Shown here one piece after another: positions 26,420-40,900 of a stretch of 64,000 nucleotides of DNA. A program made the position numbers and the translations under genes. The notes beneath the pieces were generated by a model. It ran no database searches. It was not told the DNA's origin and worked only from the letters and a program-made list of their open reading frames with translations. Each line of letters opens with the position of its first letter. Positions within the stretch are counted from its first letter, which is position 1. Source of the stretch: Octopus sinensis (lineage: Eukaryota); contig NC_043009.1 of the NCBI RefSeq assembly GCF_006345805.1, positions 54,808,001 to 54,872,000 on the forward strand, written 5' to 3'.

Positions 26420-29400
26420 AACCCAAATCAACTATAGACAAGTTAATCAATAAACTTTTCAAAAAACTTGGAAACAATTTTGGCAGTTTTCCTCCATAGA
26501 TTTACTTGAAAATATCCCAAACATACTCAAGATGCCAGAAAAGTAATTGGTTTACATCTGGACATCTCTAATGATGCCTAAAACGGTTTGGAAATTAATT
26601 GACACCAAAGGAAATTGTAATAATTAAAATAAAATAAAAATAAAAACAATTTTTTTTTTAATGACTATTTACATTAGACACCGAGTTATTTCTGTACAGA
26701 ACGGGAAAATAGGAAAAACGTATTTATTTATTTATTTATTGAATATCATCATTATCAGCATCATCATCTTTGTCATCACTATTATCCTAGTCATCAAGCA
26801 GAAAGCTGGCAGGATTGTTACTGTGCCAGACGAAAAATGTTTCACAGCATCTCTTCTGGCTCTTAACATTTTGAATTCAAATACAGCCTTTCATGTTTTA
26901 GGGGCCAATAAAAAAAAAAACATACCAGTCAAGCACTGAAGATGATCTTACTAAATTACTCCTCTCCTTGGAATTGCAAGCCTTGTGCCAAAATTAGAAA
27001 GGCTTATTATCCTAGTCATCATAATAGCCATCATCATCATCATCACTGTTGTCAACATCATCATAAGTGCTGACATCATTATCTGCTAAAAGCAGTCTTT
27101 GTAGGAAACGGTTGGAAAATGACTGCCAACATTAGTTAGAGGCTGAATGCGTTCTATCAACAGTGTCTACACAGAATACTCAAGATCCTAAAATGATAGA
27201 CGTCGCCCTTTCCAAGCCTAGCTAGGCTCGTGGGCCCAGTTTCCTGGTTTCTGTGTCGTATGTGTTCCCCCCAGCTGGACGGGACGCTAGTCCATCACAA
27301 CGTTACTCAAGAAACAGGAAGAGAGAGTGAGAGAAAGTTGTGGCGAAAGAGTATAACAGGGGTCGCCACCACCCCTGCCGGAGCTTTGTGGTGCTTTTAG
27401 GAGTTTTCGCTCAATAAACAACACAACGCCCAGTCTGGGAATCGAAACCGTGATCCTCCGATCGTGAGTCCGCTGCCCTAACCACTGGGCCATTGCGCAT
27501 CCACACTCAAGATCCTACAGTAACAGAATTACAAAACTGTAATGCCTTGAGAAGATCCACTCCATGCAGCCAGTAGGCAATCATAGCAGAAAGAAGGTGA
27601 AACTTGCATGCCAAGTTTCTCAACTGCCTAAAGGACAAATACTGAAGATAGCTATACAATGTGTACCACTAGAAGGACAAAGAAAAATAGAAGGAGGCCC
27701 AAGAAGACATGGTATGCCACTTTCAAAGAAGATCTGAAGCAACTTAGCATCACCTGGGAAGATGCAAGCCACAATTCAAAACTGGAATTGTTGGAGATAT
27801 TTTAATGCTTTATGTAGAGGCCAACTGTGCTGCAGAACTAAGGCTAAAGCTAAGGCACTGTTATCTCCATCATCATTATTTCAATGAATTTCAATTTTTT
27901 GTTGTTGGGTCTCAGAGGTAATGACAAGTGACAGACTTCTAGTAATTTGCTGTGCTTGAGAAGACACATCTGTGGCCAGTGCCGGTGACACGTAAAAGGC
28001 ACCAGTGCCAGTGACATGTAGAAGGCATTTATGCCAGTGGCACATAAAAGACACCCAGTACACACTGTAAAGTGGTTGGCATAGGGAAGGATATCCAGCC
28101 ATAGAACCCAAGCCAAAACAGACTTGAGCGTGGTGCATATCTCTGGTTTACCAGCTCCAATCAAGCTGTCTAACCCATGCCAGCATGGAAAATGGACAGT
28201 GTATGATGATGTTTTATTCAAACTGTTCTTATAACGGACTGAATTACTTAACTACTTTTCCTAAGCATAGTGATCCATCAAATCTTTGGGATCACAAAGT
28301 AATGTTTCGGCAAATCCCTGACCATCACAAGGGATCACTATGGCAATATTACTCACACAGTTTGAAATGTGATGTTGCTCATAGTAAGTACCATAAATCC
28401 TCAAGTATAATCTGCATTTTTTCCCCAAAATTTAAAGGTCAAAATCACTAGTGCGTACTATATACGAGGTTAAAAATGAAAATTGTTTTTTAAGCAATGT
28501 CCGAGACTCTATTTGCTGTCCAGCAATGTTTATTCAGATGCATTTTGTGATGTCGGGCGTGAAAATACCTTAAGCTAAGCCTGAAAGCAATGAAGTCATA
28601 AAAGAATCATCCATAACTTGCAGTAAGCAACATTTATTAAACGTTATTACTGTTATTTCTTTATTTTCTGCAAACAAAATGCACAAAAAAGCTACACGTT
28701 TGCATTATGTTATATATACAAAAATAATAAAGGATGTTACCGTATACAGTTTTACAAACCAAGGACGTTATATAAACCTCCTTGACTCAAGTCAGAGAAG
28801 GGGTGCGTATTATACACAAGGTTTAGGTTTTTCAGAGGTACAGCCCCCTAAAAATCACCTGCATATTATACTCTAGGGAGGACTATACTCAAGGATTTAT
28901 GGTAATGAATCTCTATACACACACCACACCTCACAGAGCACCAAGATCACCATCAACAAACAGAAACAACAAAATCGATATATCGAACTAGAACCTATCG
29001 ACTCTTGACCCAAAAGTCTAATACATTACCTACTGGGCCACTTTGATCCTCACCCTAACCTCACTTCTTACACAACTACACACACCTCTACAACTTTAAA
29101 ATCATCACCATGACCACCACCACTACCACCATATACCACTCTATCTCCAACACGATAGAGTGGCATGCAGTGGTGATGGCAATAGTGTAGAGGTGAGATG
29201 ATGGTGGTGGTGGATGTGATTTACAGGTGACATGGTGGGGGTGATGATGAGGGGTGTAATGGTTTAGAGGTGATGGTGGTGGGTGCAACGGTGAAGAAGG
29301 GGAGTGTGTACATTGTGGTTGAAGGCAAGGAGCAACAGTTACAACTACACAGTAGTGGAAAATGGAAACATGGTGGAAGTTACAGTGGTATGGCACTGAC

Positions 29401-30001
29401 CACTGTGCATGAAAAGTAGTAGTAGTAGTGGTGGTGGTGGTGGTAATATGAATGTTGTGGAAGCAGTAGCAGTAATAATAGCAGCAGCAGCTTCTAGTGT
29501 GAGACAGAGAAGGGGGTGGAGTAGAAAGTGAGAGAGGATGAGTAGAAAGAGAGAGGGAGTGAGAGCAAGTAGAAAGAAAAGAAAAGTGATTAAGTAGAGA
29601 GAGAAAGAATGAGAGTAAGGTGAGAATGAGAGTAAGTACGGAGAGAGGAGAGAGATGGGGACAGAGAGAGAGAGAGAGAAATCAACAAGATGAATGATGA
29701 AGCCTGAGAGGGAAGAAATAATGGTGTTCTTCAACAAAAATTCATTGAAAGACCATTGCCAACACCAACAGTAATGTTGTCTTTTAATGATGCCATTGTT
29801 TCACTAAGTAGGGTTTAGTGTAATTAAACGTAGCAACCATTAGAGACAGCGCCATCTATCAACCATTAAGTATTTGTTTTGCAGCTTCATAAAATGTTTA
29901 AAATGAGGAGAGAAGGGATCAATATGCACACACGCCCACACATCTAAACATACACACACACACACACGTAGACACTTACCTATACATATCTACATGTGTC
30001 T

Positions 30002-30076
<75 letters not shown>

Positions 30077-30442
30077 TTCACATATATATATATATATATA
30101 TTGGTAAAAATGGTAAGATAACAAAAGAAAGAAAGAGACCTCAATATTATGTAAATAGAGGAAATTTATCTATAAAATAATATGTTACAATTACTCAATA
30201 GTCAAGATAAAACTCTGAGTTTTATCTTGACTATTGAGTAATTGTAACATATTATTTTATAGATATACATATAAGGCAAATTAAAAACAAAAACAAATGT
30301 CAAAATATGTACACACAGTGAATATATTAGGTTGACGGTCTGTTTAAGATGGGTATATATAGAGATTTAGATATGTGTGTATGTATATACACACACAGAT
30401 AGACAGCCAGTTACATATATACAAATACACATGCATCTATAT

Positions 30443-30484
<42 letters not shown>

Positions 30485-33400
30485 CATTAGTACATGAAGA
30501 CATAAGTATATATTTTATATATATGTAACAAGGATTCGATAGTGTTTGACATGTATTTTCTTAACTTTATTTTTTTTTAAGTTTATATTTAATTTACTAT
30601 ACACACACATGCCTATATATAGGTGCGTGTCTGTGTGTGTACATACACACAATGTCAAACTGTTATATAAGCTTTCTAAAAATAGCTCTTTGATACATCA
30701 AATATTAAGAGAAAAATCAATTGTATTTATCAACACTATCGCTACATACACGTGTGTGTGTGTGTGTGTCTAAATGTGTATGCTTAAACATAGACATTTG
30801 TTTTTATTTATATATTTGTGTGTCTGTGTGTGTGGAAAGAGAGAGGGAGAGAGAGGCAGGTAAGACATAAACATACATGAAACACCAGACATACACAATG
30901 TATACGCGTGCACACTTGAGCGAGACATTTACCTCTGCTGCTGAGCATGCTGTTCACAGTTGACTGAACAAATTTGACTGATGTGCTGCTATACATTCTA
31001 CAGCATGACTCCAGCAAGGCAGATAAAAGGTGGGAATGGGGAAGGATGGAGTGTGGTACCTTAGCAATCCAAGAACTCTACAGCAACTTGGGAACCTCTG
31101 TGGGGTTGCTCAACTTGCTAGAAATAGCAATCGAATCTCATGGAAACATCTTTAGGAAAGGACACGTAGTCCAGGGTACACAATTGTTAGAACAGGTGAT
31201 ATAGGCACAGGTATGGCTGCATGGTTAAGCAGGTTCCGTCCCATTGCATAACACCTTAGGTAAGTGTTTTCCACTATAGCCTCAGGCTAACCAATGCCAT
31301 GTGAATGAATTCAGTTGACAGAATTGGTCTAGAAGCCCATCATGTGTGTGTGTGTGTGTGTGATCTCCACTGCCACCACTTGACAACTTGTGTTGGTTTG
31401 TTTATATCCCTTTAATTTAGTGAGTCAGCAAAAGAGAACCAGTCTCAGACTTTAAAAAAATAAGTACTAAAGCCAATCTCTTCACATGGCCTTGCTATTT
31501 GCTTTTGAGCCAAATTAACTAACTAACTAACTAACTAACTAAAACCCTTCAAAGCCATGCCCCAGCATGGCCACAGTCCAACGACTAAAACAAATAAATA
31601 AAAGAATGAATAAATAAATAAATAAACAAATAAATAAAAGAATAGAAGAATAAAAGAATGGTAATAATCACTTGGATACCTTTTAATTAGAGGTCATTTC
31701 AATCAGGGCTGACCTGGTCATCAACAGCAATCACCCACAGGGAAAAAACTGTAACTCCATATAATTGAGGGACGGGAATTTTATAGTTTTGACAGGTTAA
31801 AGTTCAAATTTCGCGGTGCCATGAGCTATCAGAGCGTAAAATTTGCCAAAAACAGCAACCCCAAATCATGGGAACACTTAGATAAGTTCATTTAATAAAA
31901 ATCAATACACACACACACACACTTGATAAAACATACTAAATAGTGATGTTGAATCTTGAGATGTTGAGATTCTAAAACAGGACCCTCTGTCTTATGTCAG
32001 CAAGAAGAAGAAAACAGGAATTATGGTGAGCTAATGATGACTACAAATATACATGCATGCATGCTCACAACTGCATATACACACAGGTACATACAGTCTT
32101 ACATTGATTTCCTGCAAATTCAAACATACATAACATATTGCTGCAGCATGCACTATTACAGCTAGATGCTGTTCCTGCTGTTTAATCATTCAACTGTTCA
32201 ATCATTCAACTACACACCAAGAAAGCTTGCTTGTTTCGTAACTAGACAAAAATAAAGCAGGTGGAATAGCTTCTCTTGCTTTGAACAATATACTATTGCA
32301 TTCACCAATCCAACATCTTAATTTCATAGTTATTACAGTTCACTCCCCATTCTATATCAAGAGACTAGATATGTAGGTGTGAAAGTACATGACCTAGTGG
32401 TTAGTGTGAGGGTTAAGTGTTGCGATACCACTTTTGCTTGGTGTAAAGGCTCCAGTTGTCAGTGCAGTAAAACAGGTTGCAACTTGGTGTGCATTATTAG
32501 CTTGTTGTTCTCCCAGATTCACTTTGTTAGCCTGGTGTGGTTCAAAGCTGTTCTTCTGTTAATCTGAGACTTTATAGAGAGACTAACTCTGATAGTGGAG
32601 CCAAGGTAAGTAAACTCACAGGCTACCTTAACCTAACAATTATTGATCATAACATTAGGATGTAGAAGGGCTGGCATGGTACTGCCAACGATGGGGAGCA
32701 TTGGTGGATCTAGTCAGCTCTATGCACAATGACACCTCTGGTTTCACTAACCTGGGATGACCTCAACCCCATCAAGCAAGAGCATGAAGCAAGCAAGAAA
32801 CAACATGAGGAAGTTGCTTAATATTTTGAATCAACATTTTAGTCTTCTTCAGACTGTTAATCAAGTTGAAGTCTTGGCAGACTGTTGAGAAGCAGTCCAT
32901 AGGCATTGCAGCTGCCTTTAGAATATGTTACTGGTGTTGTGCTGTCTGAAAACAAGATGTCCCTGACAAGTACTTCATGTACTTTAGATTCGTCTCTCAG
33001 CTAGGAGCAACTAAGCAGCTTCTTGTCCAATCTGGTGCAAAGCCAAGTCCAATCAGTCAATGTTCCAAAGATATGCTTCGGCATGACAGCAAAGATGATG
33101 TTGAACAAGGAAAAGGCTAGCACACAGCTGTCCTGTTTTAAACCATTATGGATCCTATATCCCTGCAAAAATAAATATTCACATAATCTCATTCTGACTA
33201 TTTTATAAAATTTGATATGTGAGTGTAAGAAATCAAACATAGTATAGGCTTGACATAGCTTCTTGACAAATGCTTGACTTGCTCAATGTAGTAGCTAATC
33301 TCCCTCAATAAACTATCTAATGGTTAATGAAACATTATTTGTTTATTATGTGGATGTAAACCTAATTAGTTTAGTAAACATTGTTTACAATTAAAAACCA

Positions 33401-34854
33401 AATTACAATGAGACTGTTTCAGAAACCATGCTGATATAATGCTTGGCATGATTAACACTCTTTGAACTAATTATCAACCAAGATGACTGCTTCCACCACC
33501 ACCACCACCACAACTACCACTACCAATAACAACAATACTATAAGGTACTAAAGAGGCGCGAGTTGATGAGTCCCTTTAATAAATTACATGTTGAATGTGA
33601 ATAGGTGCAAGTATGGGTAAGTGGTTATGAAGTTCAATTTGCAACCACATAGCTTCAGGTTCAGTCCCTTGTGTAGCACTTCAAGGAAGTGTCTTCTACT
33701 ATAACCCCATGCCAACTGTCTTGTGGATGAATGTGTGTGTGTGTGAGTGTGCATGCATGCAGAGTGTATGTGAGAGTGCATGCATGCAGAGTGTGTGTGA
33801 GTGTGCATGCATGCAGAGTGTGTGTGAGTGTGCATGCATGCAGAGTGTGTGTGAGTGTGCATGCATGCAGAAGAAAGTGCATGAATTGATATTCCACAGT
33901 TTTGATTGTCACTGTCTGAGTGTAAAGAGCAATATGATATTTCCATTCCTTGTCACTGTTTAAACCAATCACTCCATGCTTTCAAAGAACTATGGAATAA
34001 CAAAATAATCCCTGGCTTGAAATAGAGATATAGGTTAGAGACAGGAGGAGCATCCAGCAACAAAACCCTGCCTCAAACAAATCTTTACCCAACCCATATT
34101 AACTTGGAAAAACATATTAGATAAATGATGAATGACTGAAACTAATATAGAAACAGAAAATAATGAGGAACTGTCAACAAAGTGTAAACAGTTTAATCTT
34201 TAATGAAGCAAGTTTTTTTTGGGGGTTTTACAATAACAGGACATTTTGTTCTATTTAAAATTTGATTTATTATGTTACATAATGAGAATTCTAGTTTGTG
34301 GAGCAGTGAACTTCAATTTGATTTTAATGTTATTCAATAAATAATACCTGTATAGGCAATCATTAATCACAGGTGACAACCATATGGACCAACCAACAAA
34401 CTAAAACATGAATCTTCATGATAAATATCTGACGTGTTTTGGGGAAAACAAATGATAAATGGATTTTAGAAACAGTAATACCTATGTTCTAGAAATAGTG
34501 ATACTTTTATTTAACAAAAAATAAAAATACAGTAATAGGTATATTTTAGAAATGCCATAGAAACATATATGGTGGGGTTGGAGGAGGGGAATGACACCAG
34601 CTTCGCAGTATTTACAAATAAAAAAATATAATAAAAGCTAGCAACATACATAATGCCTGTGGCTTAACAGCCACCATAAGAACTGACAACAAAAAAAACA
34701 TGTAGGCACAAGCATGATGGCGTGGTTAAGAAGCTTGTTTTGCATTCACATGGCTACAAGTTCAGTCTCACAGTATGACATTATGGGCAAGTATCTTCTA
34801 CTTTAGTTACAGGCTGACAAATGCCTTATGAGTGAACTTGGTAGGTGTGCAAGC

Positions 34855-34926
<72 letters not shown>

Positions 34927-37900
34927 ATATATATCATCACCATCATCACCGGCACAAGAGCCAGTCAGGCGGTTTTGGCAATGACCATGCTCATGTTCAA
35001 AAGGTGTTTTTACATGCTACCTGCACAGGAGCCAGTCCAGCGGCACTGGCCATGACCACGCTTGAATGTTGTTTTTCACATGCACCGGCACATGGGTGTT
35101 TTTTACATGTCACCAGCACTGGCCACAGCTATGAATTCACTTAGCATGACATGTCTTCTCAAGCATAGCAATTAGCCAAAAGTCTTGGTTACTTGTTATT
35201 GTCTCCATGACACTCAACAACTGAAAATCATATTTTGTGCAGTGCATTCTATGTCTTCCTGAGTCCACCTATTCCACAGGCTCCCTCCACAAGTAGAGAT
35301 CAGCACTTCTTTATGCAGATGTCCTCATCCATATGCAGAGCGTGACCATGCTAGCTCAGTCTTCTCTCTTGCATACTGCATCTGATGCCTCAAAGTCACT
35401 AATAACTATTCAGCTCTACAGCTTAACAAACATGCAGTTGCAGGTTCAATCCTACTGTGCAGCACCTTGAGCAAGTGTCTTCTATTATAGCTGTGGGCCA
35501 ACCAAAGTCTTGCAAGTGAATTCCACAGACAAAAACTGAAAGAAGCTAGTGGCATCCATGCATGCATGCATGTGTGTTTGTATCCCTTTGTCTTGACATT
35601 GTGCACTGATTGTAAACAAAGTCATCATTTACCCCAAAATGATGGTGCTCCTTTGTAATTTCCTGTGAAAGCATGTCTGATCATTGATCTGTTCATGATT
35701 GAACGATTGGGGGGAACTATTACAGTGATTGGAAACGAGTGAGAGTCGGCGATAAGAAGATCACCTGGCTGTAGAAAAGTTACCTCAATGAATTTCATCA
35801 GACTCATGCAAGCATGGAAAAATGATCATTAAAATGACGATAACAATGATGATGATGATGACAACAACATCAAAGATGGTGAGGATGTCAAAGAGAATGA
35901 TAAAAAGAAACAACAATGATGATGACAATGATGATGGTGTTGATGATGATGATGATGATGATGGCAGCCGCTTCTATAAATTTCCTGTGATAATCAATTA
36001 ATGGATGAGAGAGATAAGTGCGAAGCTACGAATCAAAGAGTGAATCTGTCTTCTATACTGCCACCATAACCTGACATTTTGACAGATCTACACTGACAAC
36101 AACTATACACGGGATACATTAGTTAATAGGATAACTTTTAGAAACACAAGCCAGACTTTACAATCTCTCTAGATTGGATGAACACAGAAATGGTTAAAAA
36201 TCTCCGAGTTTACAGAGCAAATTAATTAACCCATTATTTAATTTAATTTGATCTCATCAGATATTTACCACCATTATCATCATCATCACTGTCATTGTTT
36301 GAATGTCCATTTTCATGCTTGCATGGGTCAGAACAGCATTTCATCGAGATGGATTTTCTAGAGCTGAATGCCTTCCCTACCACCAACCCTCATCCATTTC
36401 CCAGTAAATTAATCTTTATCCATAATCAGATATGAGATTGGGAATGAAGGACAGTGTTTGCATAACAGAGACATTCAGTTACTACGATCACACAGTGTCA
36501 AGGCAAGGAGACAGTAACACAGAATTTTTGTTGGAGGTAATAATGGCTTCTTTTATTGGTCAGAAGGTGACCAATGGTGTTAGAGACAATATAAGGATGA
36601 AACAGAGATACAAAATGATTGAGGGTTTACACTGAGTAAGAAGGAATTGACAAAAACATCTGATTTAACAATAAAATTTCATCATATTTTCCAATAGTGA
36701 GGAGAGAGAAATACTAGGATATTTTTCAGAAAACTTCTCAAGAGCCTTGGATCATTCTACCGCATCAAAGACCTCAAAGGTGCTCTCTATGTGTTTCTTT
36801 CCTCCTGCTTAGAAAAACTTAGTGGAGCTTGTTAGAATTTGAACCCAGAAATGTTGTTAAGAATTTTGCCTGGCATACTAACAATTCTGCCAACATACCT
36901 CCTTAGGAGGAGGAGGAGGAAGAGGAGGTGATGGTAACGGCAGTGGCGGCGGTATGTAAAATCATCATGCTGCACACCTATGGTTGTGATGCATATGCCT
37001 GGTGTACCCTTATCAGACAGGTAGTAACGATGGGTGTATTGGGCTTTGTATATCTGTACCACAGGTTCACATTGATGGCATGCACTGCTCTCTCAGTTGA
37101 TAATAATAATAATAATGATGATGATTATTATGGAAATGATGGTTTCAAGTTCTGGCACAAGACTAGCAAGTTCAGGGGAGGGGGTAAGTCGATTACATAG
37201 ACCCCAGTATTCAACTGGTACTTATTTTATTGACCCCCAAAACGATGATAGGCAAAGTCAACCTCAGCAGATTGTGAATTCAGAATGTAAAGACAGACGA
37301 AATGTGCTAAGTGACCTAATAATGCAATGCTTTTTGTTTGCTATTCCTACAACTCTATAACAATAAGAATAGAAATACGAAATATGTGAAAGAAGATGAT
37401 GATTGGAAAAAGATGCAAATATTATATATCAAAACAATAAAAAAATAGTAATAAATAAAGAATGAAGGAGACAGAGAAGACAACAGAGACAGGGAATGAA
37501 GGAGGAGAAGAGAAGATTAGTAAAGAAAAAGGAAAAAAAAAACAATTTAAGGAGAATAACAAAGGATAGTAAAAGAAAAAAAGAAATGGTATAAGAAAAT
37601 GAAGAAAATGAATGGAAAGGAGAAAAATGAAAGAAAAAGGAAAAGGAGTTAGAGAGAGAGGGGGAAAGAGGAGACAGAGACAGAGATAAAGAGAGAAAAA
37701 GTGAAAGTGGGCAGGAAACCAGAGGAGCAACAATCATGTATCTTAGAAAACAACTCATTAAAACAAGGAATTTGAAGTTCTTCCAATTCGTAGAATTTTT
37801 GCCTGAAAACTCGGCAACTCATAAATGATTTTATTGGTGTCTGCCGTTTTTTGTCTTTTTATCATTATTTTTGATAGATTATAAACATCTATCAGAATGG

Positions 37901-40900
37901 CAACTTTATTGAGGTGGGGAAAAGATTTCAAAAGAGAGAAAAGAAAAAAGGAGTTCTTTGTAAAGAACTTTTACTAATTTTCCCATTGTAATCATTATCT
38001 TATGTAGAGACAAAAGTGTAAACAGCTAAATAGGGGAACAACAAGCAAGCACCATAAAAGGGGAGCCTTTATATGGTGTCTCATTCTGTAAGAAATAGCC
38101 AAATCAAGGTGGCGAGCTGGCATACTTGTTAGCACACCTGGCGAAATGCGTAGCCATATTTCGTCTGCCGTTACATTCTGAGTTCAAATTCCGCCAAGGT
38201 CGACTTTACCTTTCATCCTTTTGGGGTCGATAAATTAAGTACCAGTTATGCACTGGGGTCAATGTAATCAACTTAATCCCTTTGTCTGTCCTTGTATGTC
38301 CCCTCTATGTTTAGCCCCTTGCGGGCAATAACGAAATAAGAAATAGCCAAATCACACCTTGTTATAAGCCAAGAAGGAAGCCTTGGTGGTTCCTTGTCCT
38401 GTAAGAAATAGCAACCAAATCCCTCTCCAAGCACATTCCATTGTCATAAATAAATAAATAAATAAATAAGGAAGGAAATGCCACATAATATAGCCCTAGA
38501 TGTACACCATAATAAAGATGAGATGGTCATGGATAGAATTCCTTTCATCTATCATAAGTCTCCTTGACCCCTGAACTACCTGCAGCTAAACCACAATGAC
38601 AAAAGATTGAGGGTGCATAACCTGTTAATATTACAACGCCGCCTCGACTGGCTTCTGTACCGGTGGCACATAAAAAGCACCATCCGAACGTGGCCGATGC
38701 CAGCACCGCCTCGACGGCTTCTGTACCGGTGGCACATAAAAAGCACCATCCGAACGTGGCCGATGCCAGCACCGCCTTGGCTGGCTTCCGTGCTGGTGCA
38801 TGTTAAAAGCACAACCGATCGTGGCCGATGCCATGCAAGCACCGCCTCGACTGGCTTCTGTACCGTGGCACATAAAAAGCACCATCCGAACGTGGCCGAT
38901 GCCAGCACCAGCCTCGACTGCTTCTGTACCGGTGGCAACATAAAAAGCACCATCCGAACGTGGCCGATGCCAGCGCCGCCTCGACTGGCTTCTGTACCGG
39001 TGGCACATAAAAAGCACCATCCGAACTGGCCGATGCCAGCACCGCCTCGACTGGCTTCTGTACCGGGGCACATAAAAAGCACCATCCGAACGTGGCCGAT
39101 GCCAGCACCGCCTCGACTGGCTTCTGTACCGGTGGCAACATAAAAAGCACCATCCGAACGTGGCCGATGCCAGCGCCGCCTCGACTGGCTTCTGTACCGG
39201 TGGCACATAAAAAGCACCATCCGAACGTGGCCGATGCCAGCAACGCCTCGACTGGCTTCTGTACCGGTGGCACATAAAAACACCATCCGAACGTGGCCGA
39301 TGCCAGCACCGCCTCGACTGGCTTCTGTACCGGTGGCACATAAAAAGCACCATCCGAACGTGGCCGATGCCAGCACCGCCTTGGCTGGCTTCCGTGCTGG
39401 TGGCATGTTAAAAGCACCAACCGATCGTGGCCGATGCCAGCACGCTCGACTGGCTTCTGTACGGTGGCACATAAAAAGCACCATCCGAACGTGGCCGATG
39501 CCAGCACCGCCTCGACTGGCTTCTGTACCGGTGGCACATAAAAAGCACCATCCGAACGTGGCCGATGCCAGCGCCGCCTCGACTGGCTTCTGTACCGGTG
39601 GCACATAAAAAGCACCATCCGAACGTGGCCGATGCCAGCACCGCCTCGACTGGCTTCTGTACCGGTGGCACATAAAAAGCACCATCCGAACGTGGCCGAT
39701 GCCAGCACCGCCTCGACTGGCTTCTGTACCGGTGGCACATAAAAAGCACCATCCGAACGTGGCCGATGCCAGCGCCGCCTCGACTGGCTTCTGTACCGGT
39801 GGCACATAAAAAGCACCATCCGAACGTGGCCGATGCCAGCACCGCCTCGACTGGCTTCTGTACCGGTGGCACATAAAAAGCACCATCCGAACGTGGCCGA
39901 TGCCAGCGCCGCCTTGGCTGGCTTCCGTGCTGGTGGCACATAAAAAGCACCATCCGAACGTGGCCGATGCCAGCACCGCCTTGGCTGGCTTCCGTGCTGG
40001 TGGCATGTTAAAAGCACCAACCGATCGTGGCCGATGCCAGCACCGCCTCGACTGGCTTCTGTACCGGTGGCACATAAAAAGCACCATCCGAACGTGGCCG
40101 ATGCCAGCACCGCCTCGACTGGCTTCTGTACCGGTGGCACATAAAAAGCACCATCCGAACGTGGCCGATGCCAGCGCCGCCTCGACTGGCTTCTGTACCG
40201 GTGGCACATAAAAAGCACCATCCGAACGTGGCCGATGCCAGCACCGCCTCGACTGGCTTCTGTACCGGTGGCACATAAAAAGCACCATCCGAACGTGGCC
40301 GATGCCAGCACCGCCTCGACTGGCTTCTGTACCGGTGGCACATAAAAAGCACCATCCGAACGTGGCCGATGCCAGCGCCGCCTCGACTGGCTTCTGTACC
40401 GGGGCACATAAAAAGCACCATCCGAACGTGGCCGATGCCAGCACCCGCCTCGACTGGCTTCTGTACCGGTGGCACATAAAAAGCACCATCCGAAGTGGCC
40501 GATGCCAGCACGCCTCGACTGGCTTCTGTACCGGTGGCACATAAAAAGCACCATCGAACGTGGCCGATGCCAGCGCCGCCTCGACTGGCTTCTGTACCGG
40601 TGGCACATAAAAAGCACCATCCGAACGTGGCCGATGCCAGCACCGCCTCGACTGGCTTCTGTACCGGTGGCACATAAAAAGCACCATCCGAACGTGGCCG
40701 ATGCCAGCACCGCCTCGACTGGCTTCTGTACCGGTGGCACATAAAAAGCACCATCCGAACGTGGCCGATGCCAGCGCCGCCTCGACTGGCTTCTGTACCG
40801 GTGGCACATAAAAAGCACCATCCGAACGTGGCCATGCCAGCACCGCCTCGACTGGCTTCTGTACCGTGGCACATAAAAAGCACCATCCGAACGTGGCCGA

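Noticed and set aside
30808-31017. Possible alternative MTMR exon ending at AG|GTAAAT near 30932
   Set aside because: No convincing acceptor, no myotubularin similarity, and the flanking exons already join in frame.
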